The position numbers and the translations under genes are program-made. The notes under the pieces were generated by a model. The model saw only the letters and a list, made by a program, of their open reading frames with translations, was not told the DNA's origin and searched no databases. A stretch of 62,981 bases of DNA, the filler included, from Thraustochytrium aureum (lineage: Eukaryota), in assembly GCA_012862495.1 (NCBI GenBank). It is 8 parts of 3 records of this genome, joined end to end, with 100 filler letters (N's around TTAATTAATTAA, not from the genome) between each part and the next. Parts side by side here need not be neighbours in the genome. Positions count along the whole stretch, not along the records: positions 12,700 to 31,864 come from BLSG01000456.1; 7 more parts are not named here. One strand, given 5' to 3'. Of this stretch, positions 12,700 through 22,800 are shown piece after piece (positions within the stretch are counted from its first letter, which is position 1; each line of letters starts with the position of its first letter).

Positions 12700-15126
12700 A
12701 AATTCATGGACCCAGAGCAAGAGGAGTACCACGTCCTTGGAATTGGGGCTCTCCTGAAGCGGTACCGGAACAAGGCCATCAAAGAGTTCCTAGGCTTGCC
12801 CGTTTCGAGCAACTTTAAGGCCTGGAACAAGTCGATTTTCCGAATCTCAGCAGGGTATGGCCGCCAGGCGCTTAGTGGCCGCGACATCGGCGGGGACGGC
12901 TTGCACGTACCGATTCTCCTTGCCAACCTTTCCAACGGCAGGATGCTCCTTAACGTTGACATCAAAGTGGCCGAGGACGAGTACCTCAACAACCTGAAGG
13001 GCGAGTTTCTGCACAAGCTGAAGAACATCAAATACGGCGCCTGCGACGATGAAGACTTTCGGGCGCCGGCGATGCTCGTTTTCGATGAGGACGACAAGCA
13101 GGTTGGAGATGACGTGAATGAAGGAGTAAATTGCACGCAGTTCGCAACGATGTACTCACAGTTCTCGCGCTTCCAGACCCGGAAAATGGAAATCAAGCGG
13201 TCGATTGGCGAAGATGAAGATGAAGAAATGGAGGAGGAGGAGGGCGGGGACGACGAGACGGAAACCGAGGACGAGGGGGATGAGGAGGAGGGCGACGAGG
13301 GAAGAGGTGGCTCTTTGAGCCGACATCCTGGATCATTCGCCCAAATCGTACAGTCGAGCTCCTCGAGCGCTGCTGCGCAGGGGGGCAGGAGGACCCAGCC
13401 GCGGGAAGTCGAGGTCTCCTTTCGGAAGAGCGTCCAATTCGTTGCAAGCGTCACTGCGACGCCTATTGGCACACTGCTAAGCGACGACTTTTTCAACATC
13501 CTCCAGCAGGACCGCACGCCGTACAATTATCACGGCATCAGCAACGTTGACTTCTCTGGGGGGACGCCGAAGGCGTGCAAAGGCGGTCTTGACGTGCGCA
13601 GACTCGACCTTCCACCTCAGGAAAGTGCAATGCCGCTGAAAGGCGCAGGCAGCACCCCATCGTCACTGGTTCCACAGGCTGAAAAGCTGAAGGCCATTTC
13701 CTTTTGTATCGCTTCGGTCGTCCTACCCGATATGCTCAGTGACGTGAACGCAGTGATGAAGGGGTACAGAAACTGCCTTCTCTTCGAGTCGCGCATCGGC
13801 ACCATCCAAAGCACTCTGCTACAGCTCGTAGCGGGGACCAGTTTGCACCTCGCCGCTTCCAACGAGAGCGCTAAGCAGTGCGCGGCCGTCTTTGGGGTTG
13901 AATTCCACGGGGCTGGCTACTCCACCGGAATAGTTGAGGGCGTCAGCGCAGCTGAGCCTGGAGAACGCAACAAATGCCTTGAGCGAGCTCCTCTTCGCGT
14001 TTGGATCAACAGCGCCTTTTTTCGACAGCATAAGGAAGCGCTGGAGAAAAGTGTTGAAGATATTGCGGCGGCCGCCAGCGTGAAAGCGGAGACCGGCTAC
14101 TTCAGCACCGCGGCCCTCTCCTCCGCACTTGGCTTCGATTTGGAGGCAGAGCTTCGCACAATTTTGCCGAACCCAGAGCTCTACCCAAGCGTGGACCTTG
14201 GCATGTACGCGGTGCAGTTTCGCCGTGCCGATTTCGGGATCCGCGGCCAGCCGCGCGCTACGCCGCAGCTCACCCTCGGGTTTGACGTGGTCAAGGTGGC
14301 TCGGAAGTTGGCGCTATCGCACGGCACTTTCGCGATCGGCTTCACGGGATCCACGGCGGCGACCGACGGCCGAGGCGTCGTCAACAAGGACAGCAACCAC
14401 GACATTCAGCTGACCGACCAAGTTCTTCCGGGAACCGGCGTGGATCTCACCTCACTGATGCAGTCTCTTCGTGTCTCAGGCTGTGTGAAAGAGCCGCTCG
14501 AAGGCCCGCCCCGCGTCTGGGTCGATGGGCGAGGCCTCGCCCAGCTGCAGAAGGCTATTCTCGTCACGCAGGAGATCATCAGCCTCAAGGATTCTTTGAC
14601 TGCGACAGGAGAGCGCGTAAGCATTCCTGAACGCCTGTTCCAGTTCGCCGAGAACGAGAGCACGCTGAGAGAATTCAAGGATCTGTACCCAGGGCTCTAC
14701 GCATTGAAGCGCAACGATAAGCTGGTTCCTTCAAGAAGAGGCAAGCATGTGCTCAAAGAGCCTGTGCAAAGGATTGCCACTGCTCGCGAGATTGTGGGCG
14801 CAGGCGACCAAGGGGAAACGTCGTCTCTCAGTTTTGAGGCGGTCCAAAGGCAACCTGGTGCAGCTCAACCCAGGCGACAACGTTCATCGTATTGGCAACA
14901 TTCCGCCGTTTGGGCAATCTTCGCCGCCCAGGCGTTGGACTCCCGTGTGGCAAAGTTCCTTCAGGGCCAGATTGATTTCGTCGGTGAGGGCGGCGTGGAC
15001 GTCAACGACGTCTCAGCGACTCTGAAGGAGCTCGAGGTGGCTCTCGACCGTCATGACGGGCTGTACCCTGCCGCACTGAGGGCTGTGAAGCAGGCTCAAC
15101 GTAGTATCGCTGTTGATCGAGTTTGA
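12700..15126 (+). CDS. Z1-type SF2 helicase-like protein, paralogue 2 (5'-truncated at scaffold start)
   Basis: Uninterrupted 806-aa ORF with MLVFDEDDKQ, acidic insert, ASVTATPIG, KGYRNCLLFESRIG, TDGRGVVNKD, SLMQSLRVSG, and a C-terminal helical domain shared with paralogue 1 (LDRHDGLYPAAL vs LDRDDGHFPAAL). Confidence 0.85.
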   Translation, partial: KFMDPEQEEYHVLGIGALLKRYRNKAIKEFLGLPVSSNFKAWNKSIFRISAGYGRQALSGRDIGGDGLHVPILLANLSNGRMLLNVDIKVAEDEYLNNLKGEFLHKLKNIKYGACDDEDFRAPAMLVFDEDDKQVGDDVNEGVNCTQFATMYSQFSRFQTRKMEIKRSIGEDEDEEMEEEEGGDDETETEDEGDEEEGDEGRGGSLSRHPGSFAQIVQSSSSSAAAQGGRRTQPREVEVSFRKSVQFVASVTATPIGTLLSDDFFNILQQDRTPYNYHGISNVDFSGGTPKACKGGLDVRRLDLPPQESAMPLKGAGSTPSSLVPQAEKLKAISFCIASVVLPDMLSDVNAVMKGYRNCLLFESRIGTIQSTLLQLVAGTSLHLAASNESAKQCAAVFGVEFHGAGYSTGIVEGVSAAEPGERNKCLERAPLRVWINSAFFRQHKEALEKSVEDIAAAASVKAETGYFSTAALSSALGFDLEAELRTILPNPELYPSVDLGMYAVQFRRADFGIRGQPRATPQLTLGFDVVKVARKLALSHGTFAIGFTGSTAATDGRGVVNKDSNHDIQLTDQVLPGTGVDLTSLMQSLRVSGCVKEPLEGPPRVWVDGRGLAQLQKAILVTQEIISLKDSLTATGERVSIPERLFQFAENESTLREFKDLYPGLYALKRNDKLVPSRRGKHVLKEPVQRIATAREIVGAGDQGETSSLSFEAVQRQPGAAQPRRQRSSYWQHSAVWAIFAAQALDSRVAKFLQGQIDFVGEGGVDVNDVSATLKELEVALDRHDGLYPAALRAVKQAQRSIAVDRV

Positions 15127-15676
15127 GAGAGCTCAGTTTTCTGGACACGACACAGAGATACGCCTGTACTGTAGAGCCTGGAGCATCGACGTGCTTTGGT
15201 CCGCTTCCATTTTTTTCAAATTCCGCGGGCGCCACGGTCCCTGGGAGAGTTGCCGGCTGCTCGCCCACCCTGCGGTTTGGCGTCGCTCCGAGCGTCGTCC
15301 GCTCTGTCGGTCGCCAGACGCCCGCTTGCTGCTTGCGAAGCGGTTTGCAGGGCCAGCCGCGGTAGGATCCTACCGAGCGGTTCGTCGTATGGTAGTGTGC
15401 CGCCGAGCGGGCGTCGTGTATCAAGGATTCACCGCGGCAACGCCACCTCCGTCGCGTGCCTCAGCCAGAAAATTGAGTTCGCTCACACTCCCGAGTCGAG
15501 CAACCGCGGGACTTACTCAGTCGGTCGGTCTCGTAGAATGAGAGAGTGCTTGCGGACCCATAAAAGAGAGCTGTGTTTTTCTTCAATCAAACAGCTCGTG
15601 TTCGGGAGAGATTCAACTTGTCCGCTGCTCCCCTGCCGATCGTGCTTGATAAGAAACTTGCCCGGCCCGAGTAGTC

Positions 15677-18600
15677 TTATAACAGCCCTTTATCCGAGGC
15701 CCTGTGGCGCGTAACCGAGTCTGAAGTTGGCGCTTGGCTAGATTTTCGTTTCCGCGTGCCACGGACCTGCTTGTAATCTCGCTCTGCATCACACAGGTCA
15801 GACTCCAAGCGGTTTCTCTCCTCACGGAGCGGCCCGAGTCTGAGCTCGATATCACTCAGTATATATTTTTGCTCTGCCATAGTCGCGGCGAAGCCCTGCA
15901 TCGATACTGTGAAAGCAACTTCTGCCTCCTGTTGTTTGCGTGCAATCCCATCGATCTTTAGGCCATTGCTACCATGTGCAAGTTCGATCTGCACATTGGC
16001 GCTAGGTTTCGCGCCCGACCGCTGCTTGTTGAGGGCTGTTTGCCTCTTCATTGCGGCATTCTCTGCAGCTGCCCGCTTTTTGCTCTCTGCCGTGTGAACT
16101 CTTCTGGCAGCTTTCTCTGCTTTGGCGGCCCTTCTCAGCACCTTTTTCGCTTGCAGTATCTCACTTTCGAGGGCCGCGACTTTCTTACCTGCGGAAATCT
16201 TCTGTGCTTTCAGTTCTGCGACCTTTGCTTTCATGGCCTGCTTACGGGCCGCGAGGCGGGATTTCTCCTTTTGCGCGGCCTCCTTTTTTCGATCACGCTC
16301 GGCGCAGGCTACTTCGCGCACGCGCTTTTTTTCCTCTTTGGCGGCTGCTCGCTGTGCTGCATTCTTGCGAATCGAGATCGTTTTGAAAGTTGGCGCGACT
16401 CGCATCTGTTCGAGGACTTGCACAGCTGCAGCGAACTCCTCACTTTGCCGATTCGGAACTCCTAACGCGAATTTATGGGCATCCAAAGTATCTGCCAGTG
16501 AGTTGGTAGCCGCCCATAGCCGCCGAGCGTCCACACCGAAACCTGTCTCAAATGTAAAGCGCGGGCCGCAGAGCGCAGTTGAGTTCAGAACTCTGAGCAC
16601 GAGCTCAACGCCGCTTGAATTGTGCTCCTCCGGCTGCACCTGATCTGTGAAGCCCGCAAACCCGTCTGCACTACAGTGGGCAAGCACAGCGTTTGACACT
16701 GCGAACGGCGAGACAGCACTGAAAACGAGTACCTTTGACTTCGTGTCGACGGCCTTGCGGAGATTACTCACGAGCTGTAGGGCGTGTGCCATGACAACTT
16801 TGTGACCCCCCCTGGCCTCGAGACTCAGGCATACGAATCCATTCAAGTCGTGGTTTGCTTTGCACGTCTCCTCATTCGTACCAGGCAAAGCTCTTGTACT
16901 GGAAGGAGATTGAGGTTGAGCGTCGTCATCCTCCGTTGCCGTTGTGTCACCGGACTCGACCGACTCATTGCCATCGAACCTGTCGTCGTATTTAACCTGT
17001 CGCCTATTGTTGACGTGGGGATCGTGCGCAGACACCACTTTGACCTGTTGCTGAAGGTTTTCAAACTCCGATCTTGCATAGGCTCCATGCCGCTCCCAAG
17101 TGCCAGTGTTGACATAAATGTGGCACAGATCCTTGTGAAATAGGATTCCGCATGACGTTGCCCCAACCACAGAAGGCTCCGTTGCAACAGAGATGAGCTG
17201 ATCGTGGAGCGTCTGCCGACGACGTGAAGCGTTGCGCCTGGAGAAAAGGCAGTTGCGATATCGCGCGCCGGACGTGAACATATCCTCTCGAACTGAACGC
17301 AGCGCTTGCTCCAAATTGCGTTGTACAGGGCAGACTTTTGAGGCCAGCTCGTTTTCCTCACCACTGGGAAGCAGTGCAAACTGCAGCGTTCGACCCGGGT
17401 TCCTTGGATACCGCATGTGAAAGGCTGGGGCTTGGGAAAACCACACAGTGTGTTGGGCTGTTGGGCTCCGGTTTCGCACGGCCGAACGATCGCTCTTTAG
17501 TCGCTTGTTTATGGCCGTTTGATTTCCCAATTGGGAGGATTGGAATTGCTCCCGCGACACCGTTATCCGCAGCGGCTGGGGCGCTTCAAGAGCCGAGCCC
17601 AATGGCGCGTCTTTGTGCCCCCTTGGAGATAGTTTGCGCTCAGTGAGGTAGGCAATCAGCACCGGTGCAACTTCGTGCATGCCTGCGACGAGTTCTTCGT
17701 CGCGCAGCCCCTGTGGCCGCAAAACGTCATCGAGCATTTTGTCCACTTGCCCGGATAAGATGAGCAAATGCATCGCCGTGCTGCGCTTGGCCTTGCTTGT
17801 TTGCGACGATGTCGGGTTATGCACTGCCTTTGCTTCAAAGTAGTGCAGCTTTACCTGCTCTGTGAGGGTGTTTGACAGCTGCGGAAACTTGTTGCTTGTG
17901 TAACGTGCGAGCAAGTCTCGCACGCTTGGCCCAAAAACCCACGGGATCACAGCTTCAGAAACACTGCATTGCGCGTCGAAGTCTGCACAAACGTGCGGTC
18001 CAACGCACATGGAAGCACCGTGCCCATGCAAGACTGCGACTGGCTGTGCCGCAAGGACAAACCACGCGACATAGAACAGACAGACCATATTTCGGGATTG
18101 CGTCAATTGCGGGCCCGATTCCACCACCAGGTTGAGTCCTGCACTATTGGGGAGCGACAGAGTTGTCAGGGAGGACGAAGGCCCATCGACGTTGCAAAGC
18201 AGATCTATAAGGAGCTGCCGGGCGACGGGAATGAGCCACTTGGGCAAGCGGGCTCGGTCGTTTTTGCACTCTGCGAAGAAAAGGCGGTCCTCTTCTTTGA
18301 CAACGTACACGCCGCCGAGAGTGAGTCTGAGCTCCATCCCAACATGTGCGTTCGGGACGAGTGGGTAGCTTTGCGGGACAGTCGTTTGGTCATCGATGAT
18401 CGTCTGTGCGAGCTCTCTTGAAGAGGTTGGGCGGTTGGATGTGGCGCTGTTGCTCCCTTGCTTGGCGCAAAAGTCTCTCCATGCATCCGGCCCATTGCGA
18501 TTCGCGAGGTTTTCGGCCTCACCGAGAAGCCCAAGTTCNNNNNNNNNNNNNNNNNNNNNNNNNNNNNNNNNNNNNNNNNNNNNNNNNNNNNNNNNNNNNN

Positions 18601-18814
18601 NNNNNNNNNNNNNNNNNNNNNNNNNNNNNNNNNNNNNNNNNNNNNNNNNNNNNNNNNNNNNNNNNNNNNNNNNNNNNNNNNNNNGTAGCTTTCGCGCACG
18701 CTCAACGAGGTCGCTCTTTTCGAAGCCTCCGTCGGCCGTCTTCCCAGCCTGCGCGATATGCGCTTTGAGCCTCCTGTTCGCCCAACGCGGCCCCGCGCCG
18801 TCCTGGCCCGCCAT
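15677..18814 (-). CDS. Degenerate (pseudo-helicase) paralogue 4 with HeH/SAP-like N-terminus and K/A-rich coiled-coil C-terminus
   Basis: ~1040-aa ORF with a small gap at 18539-18684. Blocks shared with copy 3: YPLVPNAHVGM/FPLIPGAYVGM, IPVARQLLIDLLC/IPFVRQLIIDLVC, VAWFVLAAQPV/VAWFVLGVQPV, LLARYTS, RNCL, FTDQVQP/LTDQVLP. QSGKS, DEDD, TATP and QSLR are absent. Confidence 0.75.
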   Translation of the reverse strand: MAGQDGAGPRWANRRLKAHIAQAGKTADGGFEKSDLVERARKLXXXXXXXXXXXXXXXXXXXXXXXXXXXXXXXXXXXXXXXXXXXXXXXXXELGLLGEAENLANRNGPDAWRDFCAKQGSNSATSNRPTSSRELAQTIIDDQTTVPQSYPLVPNAHVGMELRLTLGGVYVVKEEDRLFFAECKNDRARLPKWLIPVARQLLIDLLCNVDGPSSSLTTLSLPNSAGLNLVVESGPQLTQSRNMVCLFYVAWFVLAAQPVAVLHGHGASMCVGPHVCADFDAQCSVSEAVIPWVFGPSVRDLLARYTSNKFPQLSNTLTEQVKLHYFEAKAVHNPTSSQTSKAKRSTAMHLLILSGQVDKMLDDVLRPQGLRDEELVAGMHEVAPVLIAYLTERKLSPRGHKDAPLGSALEAPQPLRITVSREQFQSSQLGNQTAINKRLKSDRSAVRNRSPTAQHTVWFSQAPAFHMRYPRNPGRTLQFALLPSGEENELASKVCPVQRNLEQALRSVREDMFTSGARYRNCLFSRRNASRRRQTLHDQLISVATEPSVVGATSCGILFHKDLCHIYVNTGTWERHGAYARSEFENLQQQVKVVSAHDPHVNNRRQVKYDDRFDGNESVESGDTTATEDDDAQPQSPSSTRALPGTNEETCKANHDLNGFVCLSLEARGGHKVVMAHALQLVSNLRKAVDTKSKVLVFSAVSPFAVSNAVLAHCSADGFAGFTDQVQPEEHNSSGVELVLRVLNSTALCGPRFTFETGFGVDARRLWAATNSLADTLDAHKFALGVPNRQSEEFAAAVQVLEQMRVAPTFKTISIRKNAAQRAAAKEEKKRVREVACAERDRKKEAAQKEKSRLAARKQAMKAKVAELKAQKISAGKKVAALESEILQAKKVLRRAAKAEKAARRVHTAESKKRAAAENAAMKRQTALNKQRSGAKPSANVQIELAHGSNGLKIDGIARKQQEAEVAFTVSMQGFAATMAEQKYILSDIELRLGPLREERNRLESDLCDAERDYKQVRGTRKRKSSQAPTSDSVTRHRASDKGLL

Positions 18815-19828
18815 GGTAGTTCTCGAGAGTACTGCGACCAGCACTGTCAACGTCGGCCTGATCCTCTGCACCCGTTCACAAACCGAAGAGGGTTTGATTG
18901 CATCAAGGCGGCGGACCTGTGATCCACTGTCGCACGGCCAAATCGATCGCAGCAGAAATGGATGTCCACCGCGTACTGCCTATCAGCGAGAGTGAGTAAG
19001 GTACTCGACCTTAGTACTCATGACAGTTGGCCTGTGCTTACTCCAGTAGAGTACTCTCTACCTCCAGGAGTATACTCTGGATTCTGGTTACTACTAACTA
19101 GTACAAGCCTACTCCTATTTCGCCCCTGAGAGCGATTTTTGTTTTTACGTTTTTTCAACTTTTTTCTCGTTCAATCTGGTTGGGTGTTGTCAATGAGGAC
19201 TGAGAGCTAAATGACCGGCGCGACCTGAAACCGCCAAGAAACGGCACTGCCAGTGCAGAGAAGTGAAAACACTCGCGTGCGTGCACATTTTTAAAGTGTG
19301 CTGCCGAACTGCTTATATACGTAAATTTGTAAAATACACAATTGGTTTAAAAAGAATTGGAAAAGGAAACGGACGACGCACTCGTCGCCTTCGATTCGGG
19401 AAGGTGCATAGGATGGCCAACGTTGGTGGTCCTGCACTACCTGGGCAGTACCGGACCGGGGCTGCCGTTTCTTTCACTCTTCTTTTGAGGCCGCACATCC
19501 CGTCTTTTAGCATTGCGTAGAGTAACAACAACCCAACTTGGAACCACATGCAATGGCAAGGAGGACCCCTGAAAACGGATTTTTCTGGATTTTTGCGGAG
19601 AGGTGTGCAGAAATTTTCCTGATGTACCCCGGCTTACTCCAGATCAGATCAGAAAGTTGACGCCGCACGCCGCGTTCCATTGGCTGGCGTCAAGAAAGAC
19701 AAGTGAGACAAGCGCAAGCGCAAGTGCAGTTGTGAAAGCAGCAGTGCAGTGCAATTTCACTTTGTGAAAGCTCTCGAGACAGCATAGGCATCCGTCGGGA
19801 AGGCCTATCGGTTAGGCCTATCACTAAC
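18815..19828. promoter_or_regulatory. Putative bidirectional promoter between paralogues 4 and 3
   Basis: ~1-kb AT-richer non-coding spacer between divergent start codons, with poly-T tracts (19136-19166) and a GTAC/TACTC-rich patch (18990-19115). Position-based inference only. Confidence 0.4.
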
Positions 19829-22800
19829 ATGCTTCGGGGTTCAGACACCGAGATGCAGTCCGCCAACATCGAAGCCCAGACAGCGGTGATCTTCGTACCT
19901 AGCGACTCCCAAGCGCTCGCGATGCAGAGCCAGGCAGTGATGATTCCCCCTTTAGTCGAGGGCAGGTTGGCTGCGATGGTCAGCCAGGGCATGCTGAGCG
20001 CAGCGCAGGGCTGGGCCGACGCCAACTGCCCTGGGGTCTGGGGTGCGTATGTGTCCAAGTGGGTTGACGAAAGCAAAGACGTGTTGGGCCTCGAAAACAA
20101 CCTGAAAGTGCTTCTGGCGAGCAAGCACAGGCCCTGCCTGCCGATTTCGATCCTGCCAAAGGATGCGCACCGGGACACCGTGATGGCATCGTTCCCACTG
20201 ATTCCTGGGGCGTACGTGGGCATGCAAGTCCCCCTCTCCGACATGACGTACTACGTGATCAAAGCGGAAGACGCTTTGCTGTTCAGCACTTGCCGACACA
20301 ACTCGGTGTTCGCGCACGTGACGTGCAAACAGATACCTTTCGTCAGGCAGCTGATCATTGACTTGGTGTGCAGTAACAATTCGATACTCTCGCCCGAGGA
20401 TCGCGCTACAGTCGCTCAGATTCAGAAAGGCGTTAAAAGGCAGCGAAGAAGACGCCCCGAAGTACGCAAGGTCAATGCTGCGCCGGTTCAACCCGAGCTC
20501 GCCGAACTCGTTCACGCTTCTGTATGCAGCAGTGCAGAGCGGCAAGTCTCCAGAGCAGCTGCGAATGATCCTCGTTGCGTGGTTCGTCTTGGGTGTTCAG
20601 CCGGTCATGCATGTGCAGAATGCGAGCGGGCTGATGGTCCATGCGCCACAGTTTGTTAGCGCGTTCAAGCGATTCATGGACCCAAAGGAGCCAGAGTACC
20701 ACATCGTCGGCGTTGGCGGCCTATTGGCGAGGTACACGTCCAAGGTTGTCCGCAAGTTTGTTGGGCTGAAGTGCGCCCCGCCGCGCGAGCTCACTTCAAG
20801 GACTCTCAAGATTACCTGCGGAGTTGGTCGGCGCGCGACACGCAACATGCCGCAGGGGCGGCTGCACGTGCCGATTTTGCTCGCCAACCTGGCGAACGGA
20901 CGTCTGCTCGTTGACAAGCGCGATGGAGAGCAAAAACTTTCTGGACCGAATCAAGCGAGACCATGCCGCCGTCACGGGGGCGACGAAGCGCATCGAGCCC
21001 CAGTGATGTTTATTTTCGACGAAGACGACAAGCAGATTGGCGATGACCTCGACGAGTCTGCAGACGACGGGCACAAGGGCATCGCAACCAAATACAGCGT
21101 CTTTTCGCAAGCGACTAGGCTCGCCTTTGATCGTGTGCGGCCAAACGAAGACGAAACGGAGGCTGAGGAGGGCATGGATAGCGCGGAAGACGAGGAGGCT
21201 GAGGATGACGAGAACGACGTGGACGAAGGGGACAGTCAGTCTGAGGCGAGCTCTCCAGCCCAGTCCCGAACGCGTTGTTGCCCGCCTTTTGTGAGTCGGA
21301 TGAGCTTGGTGAGTGACGACGACGCGGAGGAGTGCAACTTGGTCAAGCTTACTTTCAGGAAGAGCGTTCGATACGTAGTGAGTGTTACTGCAACCCCGAT
21401 CGGGACGCTTCTTGGGAGTGAGCCTGTCAATATTCTCCGGCAAGACAAGGCTCCCTGGAACTACCACGGGCTGTCGAACTGTGATCTTACAGGAAAAGCC
21501 CCGGTCAGCGGCGGTAGCGGCGCGTTGGACGTTGTCGCAGTATGTGGCCGTACACCAGACGAATCTATGATCGGGCCCCTGTTTCCCGGCCGCATTTCGC
21601 CTGGGCCGACGCTAACTGTCCTGGAGCATGTAATCCCACACATGGTTAACTTCCCTGATGCGGTCATAAAAGGCCTTCGGAACTGCCTGCTTTTCGAGTC
21701 CAAGATTGGGTCGATCCAGCAAACCTTGGTGCGGCTTGCGTCGTGCCTTGCTGGGCGCTTGCGTGAGCGCGGTGATGAGCGGATGAAGCGCGCTGCGGTC
21801 TTTGGCGTCGAGTTTCACGGCGTTGGGTACACTACCGGCGTGGTTGAGTCCAGCAAGGACCTTCCAAGCGCGCATCTGCGTGTTTATGTGGCCGCGCCGT
21901 TCTACGACCGCCACCGCGAGGAGATCGAGTCCAAAGTTGGGGATATCGCGAGTGGCTGTGGGCTTGGGTATTGTTTTGCGGAGCGCAGTCCTGACGAAGT
22001 CCGCAAATGTCTTTCGCGAGCGAGTATGGAGCTCCGCGCGAGCGAACCTGGTTGGCGAGACGAAGTGGTCGAGGGCCTTCGAATCGTGCAGTTCAATCGA
22101 GAACAACAAGTCCGACAGGCGCAACCAGCCCCAACGCCTGCGCTGACAGCGGGCTTCGACGTCGTTAAGTTACTATGGACCTTGGCGCTGCGGGACGAGA
22201 GCTTTGCACTTGGGTTTACTGCGTCTACTGCTGCCACAGACGGCCGCGGCGTGGTGAACAAAGACGCCGAACACGACATTCAGTTAACTGACCAGGTTTT
22301 GCCAAAGGTGGCGGTGGACATATCATCGTTGGAGCAGTCGCTACGGGTCTCTGGCTGCGCAAAGGTCCCGCTCAATGGCCCGCCAAAGGTCTGGGTCGAC
22401 AGCGTTGGATTGCAGCGGCTTAAGATGGTTACTCAGGTGACGAGGGATATCTTGGCCATGAAAGAGGAGTTGAACGCCAGGCCCGGCTCTGACACGATCC
22501 CGAGCTACTTTTTGAGCTTGGCCGAGACAGACGAGGGCCTCGCAAAGCTAAAAAGGGAGTACCCTGGAATTGCGGCGCTGCGGCCTCAGGACCGCCTCGT
22601 CTCGTCCAGGCTCGGCAAGAAAGTGGTCAAAGACGCGGTGGATGTTGTCGAAAGCCGCCTGCTTGAGGCGCTCGAGTCCGCAACACTGAAATTCCTTGCA
22701 AGTGCGGTGCGCAAGGTCCCAGGTGCGCGGACCATGCTTGAGGACTTTTGGACGACCGCCGCCGACGACGTTGACGACGAAGCGGGTGAGTCTGCGATCC

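Noticed and set aside
20420..20440. Programmed ribosomal frameshift in helicase copy 3
   Set aside because: The shift is explained by one extra A in a short homopolymer, and similar 1-nt shifts occur in many conserved genes in the window, which points to sequencing error. Raw reads are needed to exclude it fully.
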